This document shows positions 19,200 through 29,581 of a stretch of 32,000 nucleotides of DNA, one piece after another; position 1 is the first letter of the stretch; every line of letters starts with the position of its first letter. The position numbers and the translations under genes were made by a program. The stretch comes from Demequinaceae bacterium. GTDB lineage: Bacteria; Actinomycetota; Actinomycetes; Actinomycetales; Demequinaceae. The notes below the pieces were generated by a model. The model saw only the letters and a list, made by a program, of their open reading frames with translations. It did no database searches and was not told the DNA's origin. The stretch covers positions 180,001-212,000 of the forward strand of contig OZ252279.1 of the NCBI GenBank assembly GCA_965250005.1, read 5' to 3'.

Positions 19200-20131
19200 G
19201 CCACAACGTCACCCTCTACGATCACCCCGGACCCAAGGCTAAGCGCCGCGATGTCATCTACAACGTCGTGTTTTCGGCCCTGTTCATTGGGATCATCGCA
19301 TGGGCTGGCAAGACAGCCTACGACCGCGGGATCTTTGACGACCGCTGGCTTGTTCTGTGGGACCCTGAGGGCCGGTACACCGGCGGGGACGTGTGGTGGG
19401 GTCTGTTCCGTGGAGTGTGGGCTACTCTCAAGCCTGTTTTCATTTCTGTACCGTTTGTGGCTGTGCTTGCGACGGGCCTGACAGTCATGCGCGGAGCACG
19501 AGCGTGGGTACTGCGACTTCCCGCCCGATGGCTCACTGAGGTCTTCCGCGGTATCCCCGTGCTGCTCACCATGCTGTTCGGTGTTCTCGCGCTCGACCTG
19601 GAGCCTATTTGGGCCGTCGTCCTCGGTTTGGTTGTATACAACACCGCCGTCGTGGCCGAGATTCTGCGAGCGGGAATCGCCGCGCTCCCGTCGGGCCAGC
19701 GCGAGGCGGGCCTCTCGATCGGCATGTCGCCATTCTGGACCTTGATCAGGATTCAGATGCCGCAAGCTGTGCGTATCATGCTTCCCGCGCTCGTGAGCCA
19801 GATTGTTGTCCTGCTCAAGGACTCGTCGCTTGGGTTCATCATCGGGTACTCCGAGCTCCTGAACTCGATCAAGCAGCAAACCAACTTTTTCGGTGAGGTC
19901 ACGAAGGTCCCCTATGTGCTCGCCGGCGCTACGCTCTACATCCTTCTTAACATGGGCGTGTCAAGGCTCGCGCACGTCATCGAGGACAGGCTCGGGCGCG
20001 CAAGGCGATCGCCAACCAACCTGGGTGTTTCGCCTGGCGCGCCGATGGGTGCCAAGCCGCCAGCAACGGCCGGTGGCATTGAAGGCGTGATTCGAACCGG
20101 GAAGCGCACGCGCGGCAATCCGGCAGGGTAG
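19196..20131 (+). CDS. Amino acid ABC transporter permease (second of two)
   Basis: 4-nt overlap with previous gene; LPARWLTEVFRGIPVLLTMLF, SGQREAGLSIGMSPFWTLIRIQMPQAVRIMLPALVSQIVVLLKDSSLG. Confidence 0.94.
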   Translation: MSHNVTLYDHPGPKAKRRDVIYNVVFSALFIGIIAWAGKTAYDRGIFDDRWLVLWDPEGRYTGGDVWWGLFRGVWATLKPVFISVPFVAVLATGLTVMRGARAWVLRLPARWLTEVFRGIPVLLTMLFGVLALDLEPIWAVVLGLVVYNTAVVAEILRAGIAALPSGQREAGLSIGMSPFWTLIRIQMPQAVRIMLPALVSQIVVLLKDSSLGFIIGYSELLNSIKQQTNFFGEVTKVPYVLAGATLYILLNMGVSRLAHVIEDRLGRARRSPTNLGVSPGAPMGAKPPATAGGIEGVIRTGKRTRGNPAG

Positions 20132-20289
20132 TTCCGCCGCGTTGTCGCCTGGCGCGCCGACGGCTTCGAGACGTCGGGTGCAAGTAGTGGAGGCTGTTAG
20201 TATTGGCGTCGCCGTACATCGGCCGCGGATGGTTTTGCCCCGGAGAACAGGCCCGGGCGCGCCGCGCAACGAGACACGAGGAGAAATCA

Positions 20290-20559
20290 GTGCCGCTCGA
20301 ATCAGCAGTGAAGAAGTCCATCATGGAGGAGTACGCAACCTCCAAGGGCGACACCGGATCCCCCGAGGTCCAGGTTGCCCTGCTGTCCCAGCGAATCTCG
20401 GATCTGACCGAGCACCTCCAGGACCACCAGCACGACCATCACTCGCGTCGCGGCCTGCTCCTTCTGGTCGGTCAACGCCGCCGACTGCTTGGCTACCTTC
20501 AGAAAATAGACATCGAGCGGTACCGCAAGCTCATCGAGCGCCTCGGTCTGCGCCGCTAG
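20290..20559 (+). CDS. rpsO: 30S ribosomal protein S15
   Basis: GTG start; [89 protein letters not shown]. Confidence 0.97.
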   Translation: MPLESAVKKSIMEEYATSKGDTGSPEVQVALLSQRISDLTEHLQDHQHDHHSRRGLLLLVGQRRRLLGYLQKIDIERYRKLIERLGLRR

Positions 20560-20928
20560 CGCGGCCGGGTTTTCTGGTTGGACGATGTCGCCCGACCATT
20601 CGCGATCGGGGATAACCACGTCGAGGTGATCGACGTACAATATGGCGTTGTCCCACACGTTGGGCCCTGCGGTGGAGCGGTCGCGCGCCGATCGTCGCGT
20701 ACTGCAGAATCCGGACGCCGCTCTGATAGCATTAACGCGGTCTCCCGGGCTCTCCGGTGAGGCAATACACAATCACACATCTCGCAGGCTGGCTGAACGC
20801 TGATCCTCGGTGGTGATGGGCGGAACCCGTGCAGGGCACGGAGTTCTGAGCATTTCGACTGACGATCAGTGGAGGGCAACCGCCCCACGTTCGTGCCTGC
20901 CTGCTCCAATGCAAGGAGCACAGACCTC

Positions 20929-23127
20929 ATGGAAGGTCCTGAAATCCAATTCGCCGAGGCCGTTATTGATAACGGTAGTTTCGGCAAGCGCACCGTGCGT
21001 TTCGAAACTGGCCGTCTGGCCAAGCAGGCTGCCGGCACCGCCGTGGCCTACCTTGACGGCGAGACCATGTTGCTTTCGGCAACGACCGCCGGCAAGCACC
21101 CGCGCGACGGGTTCGACTTCTTCCCCCTCACGGTGGACGTTGAAGAGCGCTCGTACGCGGCCGGAAAAATACCCGGTTCGTTCTTCCGGCGCGAAGGCCG
21201 TCCGTCCACGGACGCCATCCTCACGTGCCGACTGATCGACCGCCCGTTGCGCCCCACGTTCATTTCGGGCCTTCGCAACGAGGTTCAGGTTGTCATCACC
21301 GTGCTGTCGATTAACCCCGACGATTCGTACGACACCCTGGCCATCAACGCAGCGTCGATGTCCACGCAGCTCTCGGGCCTGCCCTTCTCTGGCCCCATTG
21401 GCGCGGTACGCATCGCGCTCGTCGACGGCCAGTGGGTCGCCTTCCCCAAGTACTCGCAGAAGGAGCGCGCCGTCTTCGACATGGTCGTTGCCGGACGCAT
21501 TGCGGGTGACGACGTCGCCATCATGATGGTCGAGGCTGAGGCCACCGACGATTCCTTCAACCTCATTTCCGAGGGTGCTCAGGCTCCCACCGAGTCCGTA
21601 GTTGCCGAAGGTCTCGAGGCCGCTAAGCCGTTCCTCAAGGCTCTGTGCGAGGCTCAGGTCGAGCTCGCTAAGAAGTCTGCCAAGGAAGTCAAGGACTTCC
21701 CGCGCTTCCTCGACTACCAGGACGACGTTCTCGAAGCAGTCGCCAAGCAGTCGGAGACCGACCTCACGGCCGCTCTGAAGATTGCCGACAAGCAGGAGCG
21801 CGAGACCACTCTCGATGGCATCAAGGAAGCCGCACATGCGGCGCTTGACGCACAGTTTGAGGGTCGCGAGAAGGAAATCTCTGCCGCGGTTCGCGCCGTG
21901 ACAAAGAAGACCATCCGCCAGCGCATCCTGACCGAGGGCGTCCGCATCGACGGCCGTGGACTGGCGGACATCCGCAGCGTCTCCGCCGAGACCGGCGTCA
22001 TTCCCCGTGCCCACGGAAGCGCGATCTTTGAGCGCGGCGAAACCCAGATCATGGGTGTCACCACGCTCAACATGCTCAAGTTGGAGCAGCAGATCGACTC
22101 CTTTAACCCGGAGAAGAAGAAGCGCTACATGCACCACTACAACTTCCCGCCGTACTCGGTGGGAGAGACGGGTCGTGTGGGCTCCCCTAAGCGTCGCGAG
22201 ATCGGTCACGGTGCGCTCGCTGAGCGTGCCATCATGCCGGTCCTGCCAAGCCGCGAGGACTTCCCGTACGCCATCCGCCAAGTCTCTGAGGCGCTTGGCT
22301 CTAACGGCTCGACGTCCATGGGCTCTGTTTGTGCCTCCACCCTTGGCCTGCTAAACGCCGGAGTGCCGTTGCGCGCTCCCGTCGCCGGTATCGCCATGGG
22401 CCTCGTCTCCGACACCGTCGACGGCGAGACCAAGTACGCGGCTCTGACCGACATCCTCGGTGCGGAAGATGCGTTCGGCGACATGGACTTCAAGGTCGCC
22501 GGTACATCGGAGTTCATCACGGCCATCCAGCTCGACACCAAGCTCGACGGCATTCCTGCCTCGGTGCTTGCTGGCGCGCTCGATCAGGCCAAGGATGCGC
22601 GTACGCACATCCTCGGCATCATGGCTGAGGCAATCTCTGAGCCCGACGAGATGAGCGAGTTCGCGCCCCGCGTGATCTCGGTTCGCGTTCCCGTCGACAA
22701 GATCGGTGAGGTCATTGGCCCGAAGGGCAAGATGATCAACCAGATCCAGGACGACACAGGTGCTGACATCTCGATCGAGGACGACGGTACCGTGTTCATC
22801 GGCGCGACGGACGGCCCTTCGGCCGACGCCGCACGTGACGCGATCAACGCCATCGCCAACCCGCACGTGCCCGAGGTAGGTGAGCGCTTCGTTGGAACGG
22901 TCGTCAAGACCGTCGCCTTCGGTGCATTCGTCTCGCTCGCGCCCGGCACTGACGGTCTGCTGCACATCTCGCAGATCCGCAAGCTGGTCGGTGGCAAGCG
23001 CGTGGAGAACGTCGAAGACGTGCTCTCTGTTGGCCAGAAGGTCCAGGTTCAGATCGGCGAGGTCGACCCGCGCGGCAAACTCTCCCTTGAGGTCGTCGAA
23101 GACGGCACCGAGGGCGGCGACGCTTAA
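20929..23127 (+). CDS. pnp: Polyribonucleotide nucleotidyltransferase (PNPase / guanosine pentaphosphate synthetase)
   Basis: [93 protein letters not shown]-terminal KH and S1 domains. Confidence 0.97.
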   Translation: MEGPEIQFAEAVIDNGSFGKRTVRFETGRLAKQAAGTAVAYLDGETMLLSATTAGKHPRDGFDFFPLTVDVEERSYAAGKIPGSFFRREGRPSTDAILTCRLIDRPLRPTFISGLRNEVQVVITVLSINPDDSYDTLAINAASMSTQLSGLPFSGPIGAVRIALVDGQWVAFPKYSQKERAVFDMVVAGRIAGDDVAIMMVEAEATDDSFNLISEGAQAPTESVVAEGLEAAKPFLKALCEAQVELAKKSAKEVKDFPRFLDYQDDVLEAVAKQSETDLTAALKIADKQERETTLDGIKEAAHAALDAQFEGREKEISAAVRAVTKKTIRQRILTEGVRIDGRGLADIRSVSAETGVIPRAHGSAIFERGETQIMGVTTLNMLKLEQQIDSFNPEKKKRYMHHYNFPPYSVGETGRVGSPKRREIGHGALAERAIMPVLPSREDFPYAIRQVSEALGSNGSTSMGSVCASTLGLLNAGVPLRAPVAGIAMGLVSDTVDGETKYAALTDILGAEDAFGDMDFKVAGTSEFITAIQLDTKLDGIPASVLAGALDQAKDARTHILGIMAEAISEPDEMSEFAPRVISVRVPVDKIGEVIGPKGKMINQIQDDTGADISIEDDGTVFIGATDGPSADAARDAINAIANPHVPEVGERFVGTVVKTVAFGAFVSLAPGTDGLLHISQIRKLVGGKRVENVEDVLSVGQKVQVQIGEVDPRGKLSLEVVEDGTEGGDA

Positions 23128-23153
23128 GTAGTCTCCGCGGGCCTTGCGTCCGC

Positions 23154-23198
23154 AACGCAACGGCGGCGGTCCCCAGTGGGGGCCGCCGCCGTTGCGTT
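23154..23198 (+). terminator. Strong hairpin between the convergent pnp and DUF4914-like genes, possible bidirectional terminator
   Basis: AACGCAACGGCGGCGGTCCCC-AGT-GGGGGCCGCCGCCGTTGCGTT: 21-bp stem (one T-G wobble), 3-nt loop; only a minimal T-tract follows. Confidence 0.78.
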
Positions 23199-23248
23199 AT
23201 CCCCCACAGACCTCGTGGCGAATCAACAGGTGTCGTGTCTCGCGTCCG

Positions 23249-25162
23249 CTACAGGTACATCGGCGTGAGCGCCTCGTAGTCCTCGACGGTGCCGTCCCGC
23301 AGGCAGACCTCGATGATCTGGCGGCCTAGCGGGTCCAGCTCGTCCGTGAGGAACTGCTGGAGCTCGCTCTTGAAGAAGCCGGTCAGGATCGCGGCGCCAG
23401 CGTCGTAGGCGGCGTCGCCCACCTGGGACTGCTGGTCTGGCATGAGGAGCGTGCGGCGCACCGGCTGTCCGTCGAGCACGAGCTCCTTGGGCGTATACCC
23501 GAACAAAGAGCAGCGTGCGGGCGTGAGGAAGTCGGCGCGCATCCGCCCGCCACCACGGCGGGCCAGCCATTCGCGCGTGAGCCACTCGGCAGAGAAGCCC
23601 ACCTTGTACGCGCCGATGTGCTGGTTGGGCGTGAGGACGTAGCGCGTGCGCGGGTAGGCCATGAGTTGCTTGAGCTGCATGTTTGCCGCGGACACCTTGG
23701 TGCCGGTCGAGAACGGCCAGAACGAGCCGACGCCCTCCGAGACCATCCCGCCGTGCTCCAACTTCTCCACCGCATCCGCGCTCTCGCCGATCGAGGGGTT
23801 TTTGTCTCCGCGCGGGGCGATGAGTCTCCACAGCCAGGCAATGGACGGTGGGACGAAGTGCGTTATGCCCATGATCCCGTAGGTGGGGTTGTCGGATGTG
23901 CACGGCGGCATCCGCACACCAAACGTGCGGACGTCCACGGGCTCGGGCTCGCTGATCACGCCGCGCACCATCGAGCGGGGCAGCACGACCCGTGGATTCG
24001 GGCAGGGCTCGCCGTTGGAATCGGGGGTGTGCTCCCATGGCAGTGCGGTCGCGTCCGGAACGCCTTCGACGTTGAAGAACACGAGCGGCTCGTCGGGGTG
24101 GATCACTGCTCGCTCAAAGTGAAAGTCCTCGCCGTACTCTTGAAGGTTGTCGACCCTCACGAACCAGCCGTCCTCGGCATCGGCGACAACCATGCGGCCG
24201 TCGCCGGTCTGCAGATCGGGGTGGCACAGCGTCATGTCGTCCGTGACTGCCGCAAGCGCAGACGTCTCGTTGAGGGTGATGTGGTACGGCTCATTCGTGA
24301 CCACGTTCATGCCCAGCAGGATGCGGCCGTCGTGCTCGCGGCGCAGGTCTTGGTACATCTCGGACTTGCCGCCGCCCGAGGCGCCCTCGTGCATGATGAC
24401 GGTTTCGTTGTCGTAAGGGGTGGTGACGCGTACCGCGGATGCGTGGGCGGTGAGCCAGCCTTCGCTTTCGCCGATGTCGAGAAGGACGGAGAACACGCCC
24501 TTCTTGGCGCTCGGGCCTGGATACAGGTTGTACGCGAAAATCTCGTGGAGCGTCTCGGTGCGGTCGTGAACGACCACCTGCTTGCCGTCAAAGTGGGTGT
24601 GACGAAACGGCGGGGCGACGTACAGAATCGAGCGGGGTGAAAAATCGCCGAGCTCCTCTAGCGTCACCCAGCCCTGCAGGTCCACCAGCGCGACGGCGAA
24701 GAACGCGGAGTTGGCGGGAACGATAGCGAGCGAAGGCGAGCCGTAAGTGAGGCCGCCAGCCTTGAATGGCACGACTACCAGCTCTTGCGAGCCGAGCCAG
24801 TCGAGCGTCTCCTGCCTGACGGGGGCGAAGTCGGACCCGAACGCGTCGCGGTAGCGGGTCTTGTTCGTGGGGCGGTCGTCGGCGATGTGCATGCAGCGTG
24901 GGTCGCGACGGCGCATGTAGTCCTCGGGATAGTTGACGGCCATACCGTTGCGGCATCTCGTTACCGTGGCTTCGGTGATCGTGTCGCCGTTCGCTAGGTA
25001 GTCGACCGAGAACACGGGCCCACCCTGGGGGCCAAGCGCGATCTCGTAGAGTTCCGCGCGCGTTCTGGGAACGATGACGCGCGGGCTTGCCTCAAGGGCG
25101 GCGCGCACCTCCGGCGCGAGTTCGACTGCATCGAGCGCGGAAAGGGTTGTCGCGGTACTCAA
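23249..25162 (-). CDS. DUF4914-like protein with HprK/PEPCK-like P-loop
   Basis: Family resemblance recalled from GMAVNYPEDYMRRRDPRCMHIADD, YVAPPFRHTHFDGKQVVVHDRTETLHEIFAYNLYPGPSAKKGVFSVLLDIGE and IMHEGASGGGKSEMYQDL (Walker A of the form GxSGxGKSE). Confidence 0.72.
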   Translation of the reverse strand: MSTATTLSALDAVELAPEVRAALEASPRVIVPRTRAELYEIALGPQGGPVFSVDYLANGDTITEATVTRCRNGMAVNYPEDYMRRRDPRCMHIADDRPTNKTRYRDAFGSDFAPVRQETLDWLGSQELVVVPFKAGGLTYGSPSLAIVPANSAFFAVALVDLQGWVTLEELGDFSPRSILYVAPPFRHTHFDGKQVVVHDRTETLHEIFAYNLYPGPSAKKGVFSVLLDIGESEGWLTAHASAVRVTTPYDNETVIMHEGASGGGKSEMYQDLRREHDGRILLGMNVVTNEPYHITLNETSALAAVTDDMTLCHPDLQTGDGRMVVADAEDGWFVRVDNLQEYGEDFHFERAVIHPDEPLVFFNVEGVPDATALPWEHTPDSNGEPCPNPRVVLPRSMVRGVISEPEPVDVRTFGVRMPPCTSDNPTYGIMGITHFVPPSIAWLWRLIAPRGDKNPSIGESADAVEKLEHGGMVSEGVGSFWPFSTGTKVSAANMQLKQLMAYPRTRYVLTPNQHIGAYKVGFSAEWLTREWLARRGGGRMRADFLTPARCSLFGYTPKELVLDGQPVRRTLLMPDQQSQVGDAAYDAGAAILTGFFKSELQQFLTDELDPLGRQIIEVCLRDGTVEDYEALTPMYL

Positions 25163-25429
25163 CGTGCCTCCTCATTTGGGCGCGCGCCAAAACGCGTCGC
25201 CGTGGGACTTTGCCTAGAGTTTGCCGTGTCTCGACGATTTTTACCAGGACGTACGTCTCGAACGCCTCCCCGGCGTGTCGTGGGCGGCACTGGGTGCGTC
25301 TAGTCTGAGCGCATGCCACACTCACTTTCCTTGGTTGAATCCGGCGCGGCCGGTAGCGAACTCAGCGTCGAACAGGATCACGGCGCGGTCATCCGGCGCA
25401 GTGTGCTTTCAGGAGGGGTTCGAGTGCTG

Positions 25430-26632
25430 ACCGAGCACATTCCGGGGATGCGCAGCGCAACCATCGGCGCGTGGATTGGCGTCGGTTCTCGCGACGAGAC
25501 GCCCGAGCACGCGGGCTCCACGCACTTCCTTGAGCACCTGCTGTTCAAGGGAACGACTAAGCGCGATTCGCTCGAGATTGCGGAGACCTTCGACCGCGTG
25601 GGTGGCGAGTCCAACGCCATTACTGCGAAGGAATTCACGTGCTACTACGCGCGGGTGCTTGACGCGGATGCGGGCATGGCAGTGGAAGTCATCCTGGACA
25701 TGGTCACCTCCGCTGTGCTCGACGCAGACGAGTTCGAGACCGAGCGCGGCGTCATCCTCGAGGAACTCGCGATGAATGACGATGACCCGTCGGACGTCGC
25801 CCACGAACGCTTTGCTCAAGCCGTGCTGGGTGGCCACCCGCTTGGCCGGCCCATCGGCGGTACTCCAGACATCATCAAAGCGGTTCCGCGCAGCGCGGTT
25901 CTGGAGCACTACCGCGACAACTACATTTCGCCGACGCTCGTGGTGACTGCCGCGGGTGGAATCGAGCACGAGCAGGTGTGCGCATGGGTCACCGACGCGC
26001 TCGCCGCGGGCGGCTGGGACCAGGACGCGGGCGCGGTGCCCGCCGCCCGGCGCGACACCGTCGCGGCTGTTGAGGCCGCTACCGTCCCCGAAGTAGTCGT
26101 GGCCCGCGAGATCGAGCAGGCTCACATCGTGCTGGGTGCGCGAGGCTTCCGCGCGACTGACGAGTCCCGCGCGGCACTGTCCGTTTACAACGCGATTCTG
26201 GGGGGCGGCATGTCGTCGCGCCTCTTCCAGGAGATCCGCGAGAAGCGCGGACTCGCGTACTCGGTCTACTCTTTTGGCTCGCCTAACGCGGAGACCGGGC
26301 TGTTCGGCATGTACGGTGCGTGCGCGCCCGCGAACGCAGATCAGGTCACGGCGCTGTTGGCCGGCGAGATGGAGCGCATGGCCGAGGGTGTCTCGGAGGA
26401 CGAGCTCGCTCGCGCTAAAGGCCAGTTCGCAGGCGCCACCGTGCTGCGGCTTGAGGACTCGTACTCGCGCATGTCCCGCTTGGGACGCGCAGAGCTCGTC
26501 ATTGGTGAACTCTGGAGCATCGGCGAAGCCCTTGACCAGGTCCGTGCCGTCACGGCGGAGGACGTGACCGCTGTTGCGACGGAACTCGCGAGCCGCGATC
26601 GATCAACGGTCCGGGTGGGCCCTCAGCGGTAG
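25430..26632 (+). CDS. M16-family zinc metallopeptidase (PqqL/mitochondrial processing peptidase-like); exact start uncertain, ORF open from 25313
   Basis: VRVLTEHIPGMRSATIGAWIGVGSRDETPEHAGSTHFLEHLLFKGTTKRDSLEIAETFDRVGGESNAITAKEFTCYYARVL; HxxEH motif (HFLEH). Confidence 0.88.
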   Translation, partial: TEHIPGMRSATIGAWIGVGSRDETPEHAGSTHFLEHLLFKGTTKRDSLEIAETFDRVGGESNAITAKEFTCYYARVLDADAGMAVEVILDMVTSAVLDADEFETERGVILEELAMNDDDPSDVAHERFAQAVLGGHPLGRPIGGTPDIIKAVPRSAVLEHYRDNYISPTLVVTAAGGIEHEQVCAWVTDALAAGGWDQDAGAVPAARRDTVAAVEAATVPEVVVAREIEQAHIVLGARGFRATDESRAALSVYNAILGGGMSSRLFQEIREKRGLAYSVYSFGSPNAETGLFGMYGACAPANADQVTALLAGEMERMAEGVSEDELARAKGQFAGATVLRLEDSYSRMSRLGRAELVIGELWSIGEALDQVRAVTAEDVTAVATELASRDRSTVRVGPQR

Positions 26633-26695
26633 TATTCGGCCGCCGTTGCCGCGCTTTGCCGCCCGCTGGAGGCGTGGCTCCGGGCAACTGCGTAA

Positions 26696-27448
<753 letters not shown>

Positions 27449-27450
27449 CG

Positions 27451-27924
27451 GTGAGATTTCTACGCAACCCCGCACTGTTGATGGCGGCGGCGCTTACTAC
27501 ACTGGTCGCCCTGTACATGGGCCTCGTTGCTGATCGCGCATTCCAATTGATCACGACGGACGACAGCGCCGCGCGCGGGCTGGGCGCGGCGCTCATGATC
27601 TTCCCTGTCATCGGGATCTGGTGGATTGTCCACGAGTGGTCGCTGGGTACCGCGGTTCAGAAGATGTCAAACATCCTTGAGGACGAGGGGCGGCTGCCCA
27701 TTCACGACGGCGAGACGCTTCCGAGCGGGCGCTTGACCGAGGAGGCCGCGGAGGCGGTGTTTGAGGTCGCTAACCGAAACGTGGACCAGAATCCCGAGGA
27801 TTGGCGCGCGTGGTTCCACGTCGCGTACGCCTACGAGGCGAATCGCGACCGCCGGATGGCGCGGCAGTCCTTGCGGCACGCGGCGGATTTGTTTAAGAAG
27901 GAGCGGCGCGCGCTGCGCGCTTGA
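27451..27924 (+). CDS. Small membrane protein with two predicted N-terminal transmembrane segments and TPR-like C-terminus
   Basis: GTG start; ALLMAAALTTLVALYMGLVAD and GAALMIFPVIGIWWIV hydrophobic stretches; VDQNPEDWRAWFHVAYAYEANRDRRMARQSLRHAADLFKKE resembles a TPR hairpin. Confidence 0.65.
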   Translation: MRFLRNPALLMAAALTTLVALYMGLVADRAFQLITTDDSAARGLGAALMIFPVIGIWWIVHEWSLGTAVQKMSNILEDEGRLPIHDGETLPSGRLTEEAAEAVFEVANRNVDQNPEDWRAWFHVAYAYEANRDRRMARQSLRHAADLFKKERRALRA

Positions 27925-27941
27925 CCGGACCTCAGCGCTGG

Positions 27942-28442
27942 CTAGATCGCCGCGCGCCAGAGCGCCTCGGTAATCGCGCCACCCGGACTGTCGAGCGTGC
28001 GCTCCACGCCTCCCGGGGCGAGCCCGGCCGACTCGTAGAAGGCGTTGCGGTGATCATCAGCGGCGAGTGACCACGCGCGTAGCTGCTCGACGCCCGCGAC
28101 GCGCATGGTGTCCACACACGCCGCAAGCAGTCGCGCGCCGTGGCCTTGGCGGCGGTGCTCCGGTGCGACCTCGAGCGCGACGATTTCTCCGCGGGGGGCG
28201 ATGGCGGCGAATCCCACCACTTCTGGTCCCGCGCACGCGGCGAACACGCGGTGCTCCCGGCTTGGCGGCGTCTCGATTGCTGATCCCCACGTGTCGCGCA
28301 CGTCGTCGCGCGGGATGGTCGCGGCGGTCTCTTCGCCAAGAGAGGCGCGCCACGACGCGAACTGGATGTCCGCGATCGCATGCTCGTCGCCCAAGATTGC
28401 GGGACGTACGGAGACGTCGGCGTGGATTCCGGACATGCGCAC
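27942..28442 (-). CDS. GNAT-family N-acetyltransferase
   Basis: VGFAAIAPRGEIVALEVAPEHRRQGHGARLLAACVDTMRVAGVEQLRAWSLAADDHRNAFYESAGLAP (acetyl-CoA-binding motif RRQGHG). Confidence 0.88.
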   Translation of the reverse strand: MRMSGIHADVSVRPAILGDEHAIADIQFASWRASLGEETAATIPRDDVRDTWGSAIETPPSREHRVFAACAGPEVVGFAAIAPRGEIVALEVAPEHRRQGHGARLLAACVDTMRVAGVEQLRAWSLAADDHRNAFYESAGLAPGGVERTLDSPGGAITEALWRAAI

Positions 28443-28457
28443 AGCCTACGTGCGCGG

Positions 28458-28781
28458 CTATCCCCAGCCGAGCGCGCGCAGTCCCGCGGCGACCGCGGCG
28501 GCCAGCACCACGACGACGATGAACGGTGCGCGAAGTGCGAGCGCAATCGCGGCCGCTGCGAGGCCCACGATGCGGGCGTCGACCACCAGCTCTGCCCCTG
28601 CTGTAAACGACTGGACTGCGGCGAGGCCGGCGAGCAGCGCGATCGTCACGAGTGCCGCGATGCGGCTGACGCGCGGGTGCTTGCGCGCGCGTTCGGGGAC
28701 AAAGTGGCCGAGCAATTTGGTTCCGTATGCGAGCGCGGCTGCCGCGACGATCGCGATCCACGTGACGACGTAGGGGCTCAC
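28458..28781 (-). CDS. azlD: AzlD-family branched-chain amino acid exporter small subunit
   Basis: 107-aa hydrophobic protein with GTG start overlapping the stop of the AzlC-like gene; VVTWIAIVAAAALAYGTKLLGHFVPE..VSRIAALVTIALLAGLAAVQSF. Confidence 0.78.
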   Translation of the reverse strand: MSPYVVTWIAIVAAAALAYGTKLLGHFVPERARKHPRVSRIAALVTIALLAGLAAVQSFTAGAELVVDARIVGLAAAAIALALRAPFIVVVVLAAAVAAGLRALGWG

Positions 28782-29545
28782 GAGGGCTCCTCGTCTGGCG
28801 AATCCGTGACGTGGGTGCGTGTATCGGTGGCGGCAGGCCCGGCGGCCAGGGGCGCGAACAGGCCGGCGAGAATCGCCACCAAGGCGGCTGCCAAGATCGG
28901 GATGCCTGCCGGGACGATAGGTGTTAGAGCGAGAGCGACCACGGCGGCGCCCGCGGCGACCCAGCGTGCAACCGGGGAGGCCAGGCGCGGCCACAGCAGG
29001 CCGAGGAATGCCGCGGCGGCGGCAGCGTCGAGGCCCCACTGGCTCGGGTCTCCCAGGCGCTGCCCCACGAGCGCGCCGAGCACCGTGATGGAGTTCCATA
29101 GCACGAAGACGCCCACCCCAGTCCACCAGAACCCCTGCTGCTTGGCCGCGCGAGCCTCGGGGTCCGCAGGGTCACCTGGCTGGGCGAGAGCCACCGCGGT
29201 GGACTCGTCAATGGTGACTTGAGCCGCCCAGAGGCGGCGTGCCCCCCGCATCGGCTGCAGGACCGGTGCGAGCGCCGCACCGTAGAAGCCGTTTCGGACG
29301 CCGAGGAACGTGCTGGTGGCGACCGCGGCCGCGACGCCGCCGCCCGCGCTGATGATCCCGACGAACGCGAACTGGGATCCGCCGGAGAAGAGCAAGAGGC
29401 TCAGCGCCATCGTTTGCCAAAGGTCTAGGCCGGCGGCCACGCTCAGGGCGCCGAATGAGATCGCGTACGTGCCAGTTGCAGCCGCGACCGAGAGTGCCTG
29501 GCGCTTGGCCTCGGTGTTAAATATTCGCGGCGCGCGCCAGGTCAT
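28778..29545 (-). CDS. azlC: AzlC-family branched-chain amino acid exporter permease
   Basis: YAISFGALSVAAGLDLWQTMALSLLLFSGGSQFAFVGIISAGG..STFLGVRNGFYGAALAP, followed directly by the AzlD-like ORF. Confidence 0.88.
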   Translation of the reverse strand: MTWRAPRIFNTEAKRQALSVAAATGTYAISFGALSVAAGLDLWQTMALSLLLFSGGSQFAFVGIISAGGGVAAAVATSTFLGVRNGFYGAALAPVLQPMRGARRLWAAQVTIDESTAVALAQPGDPADPEARAAKQQGFWWTGVGVFVLWNSITVLGALVGQRLGDPSQWGLDAAAAAAFLGLLWPRLASPVARWVAAGAAVVALALTPIVPAGIPILAAALVAILAGLFAPLAAGPAATDTRTHVTDSPDEEPS

Positions 29546-29581
29546 GGCTTGACTATCGCACACCGCCGCTAGGCTGGCCGC

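Noticed and set aside
20578-20760. Small plus-strand ORF (60 aa) in the rpsO-pnp spacer
   Set aside because: No clear ribosome-binding site or homology; more likely untranslated leader sequence.
20866-22281. 471-aa minus-strand ORF opposite pnp
   Set aside because: Shadow ORF of pnp, with no independent coding evidence.
23223-24640. Arg/His/Ala-rich ORFs overlapping the DUF4914-like gene on both strands
   Set aside because: Compositional by-products of a GC-rich coding region; the 637-aa frame has clear internal motifs and they do not.
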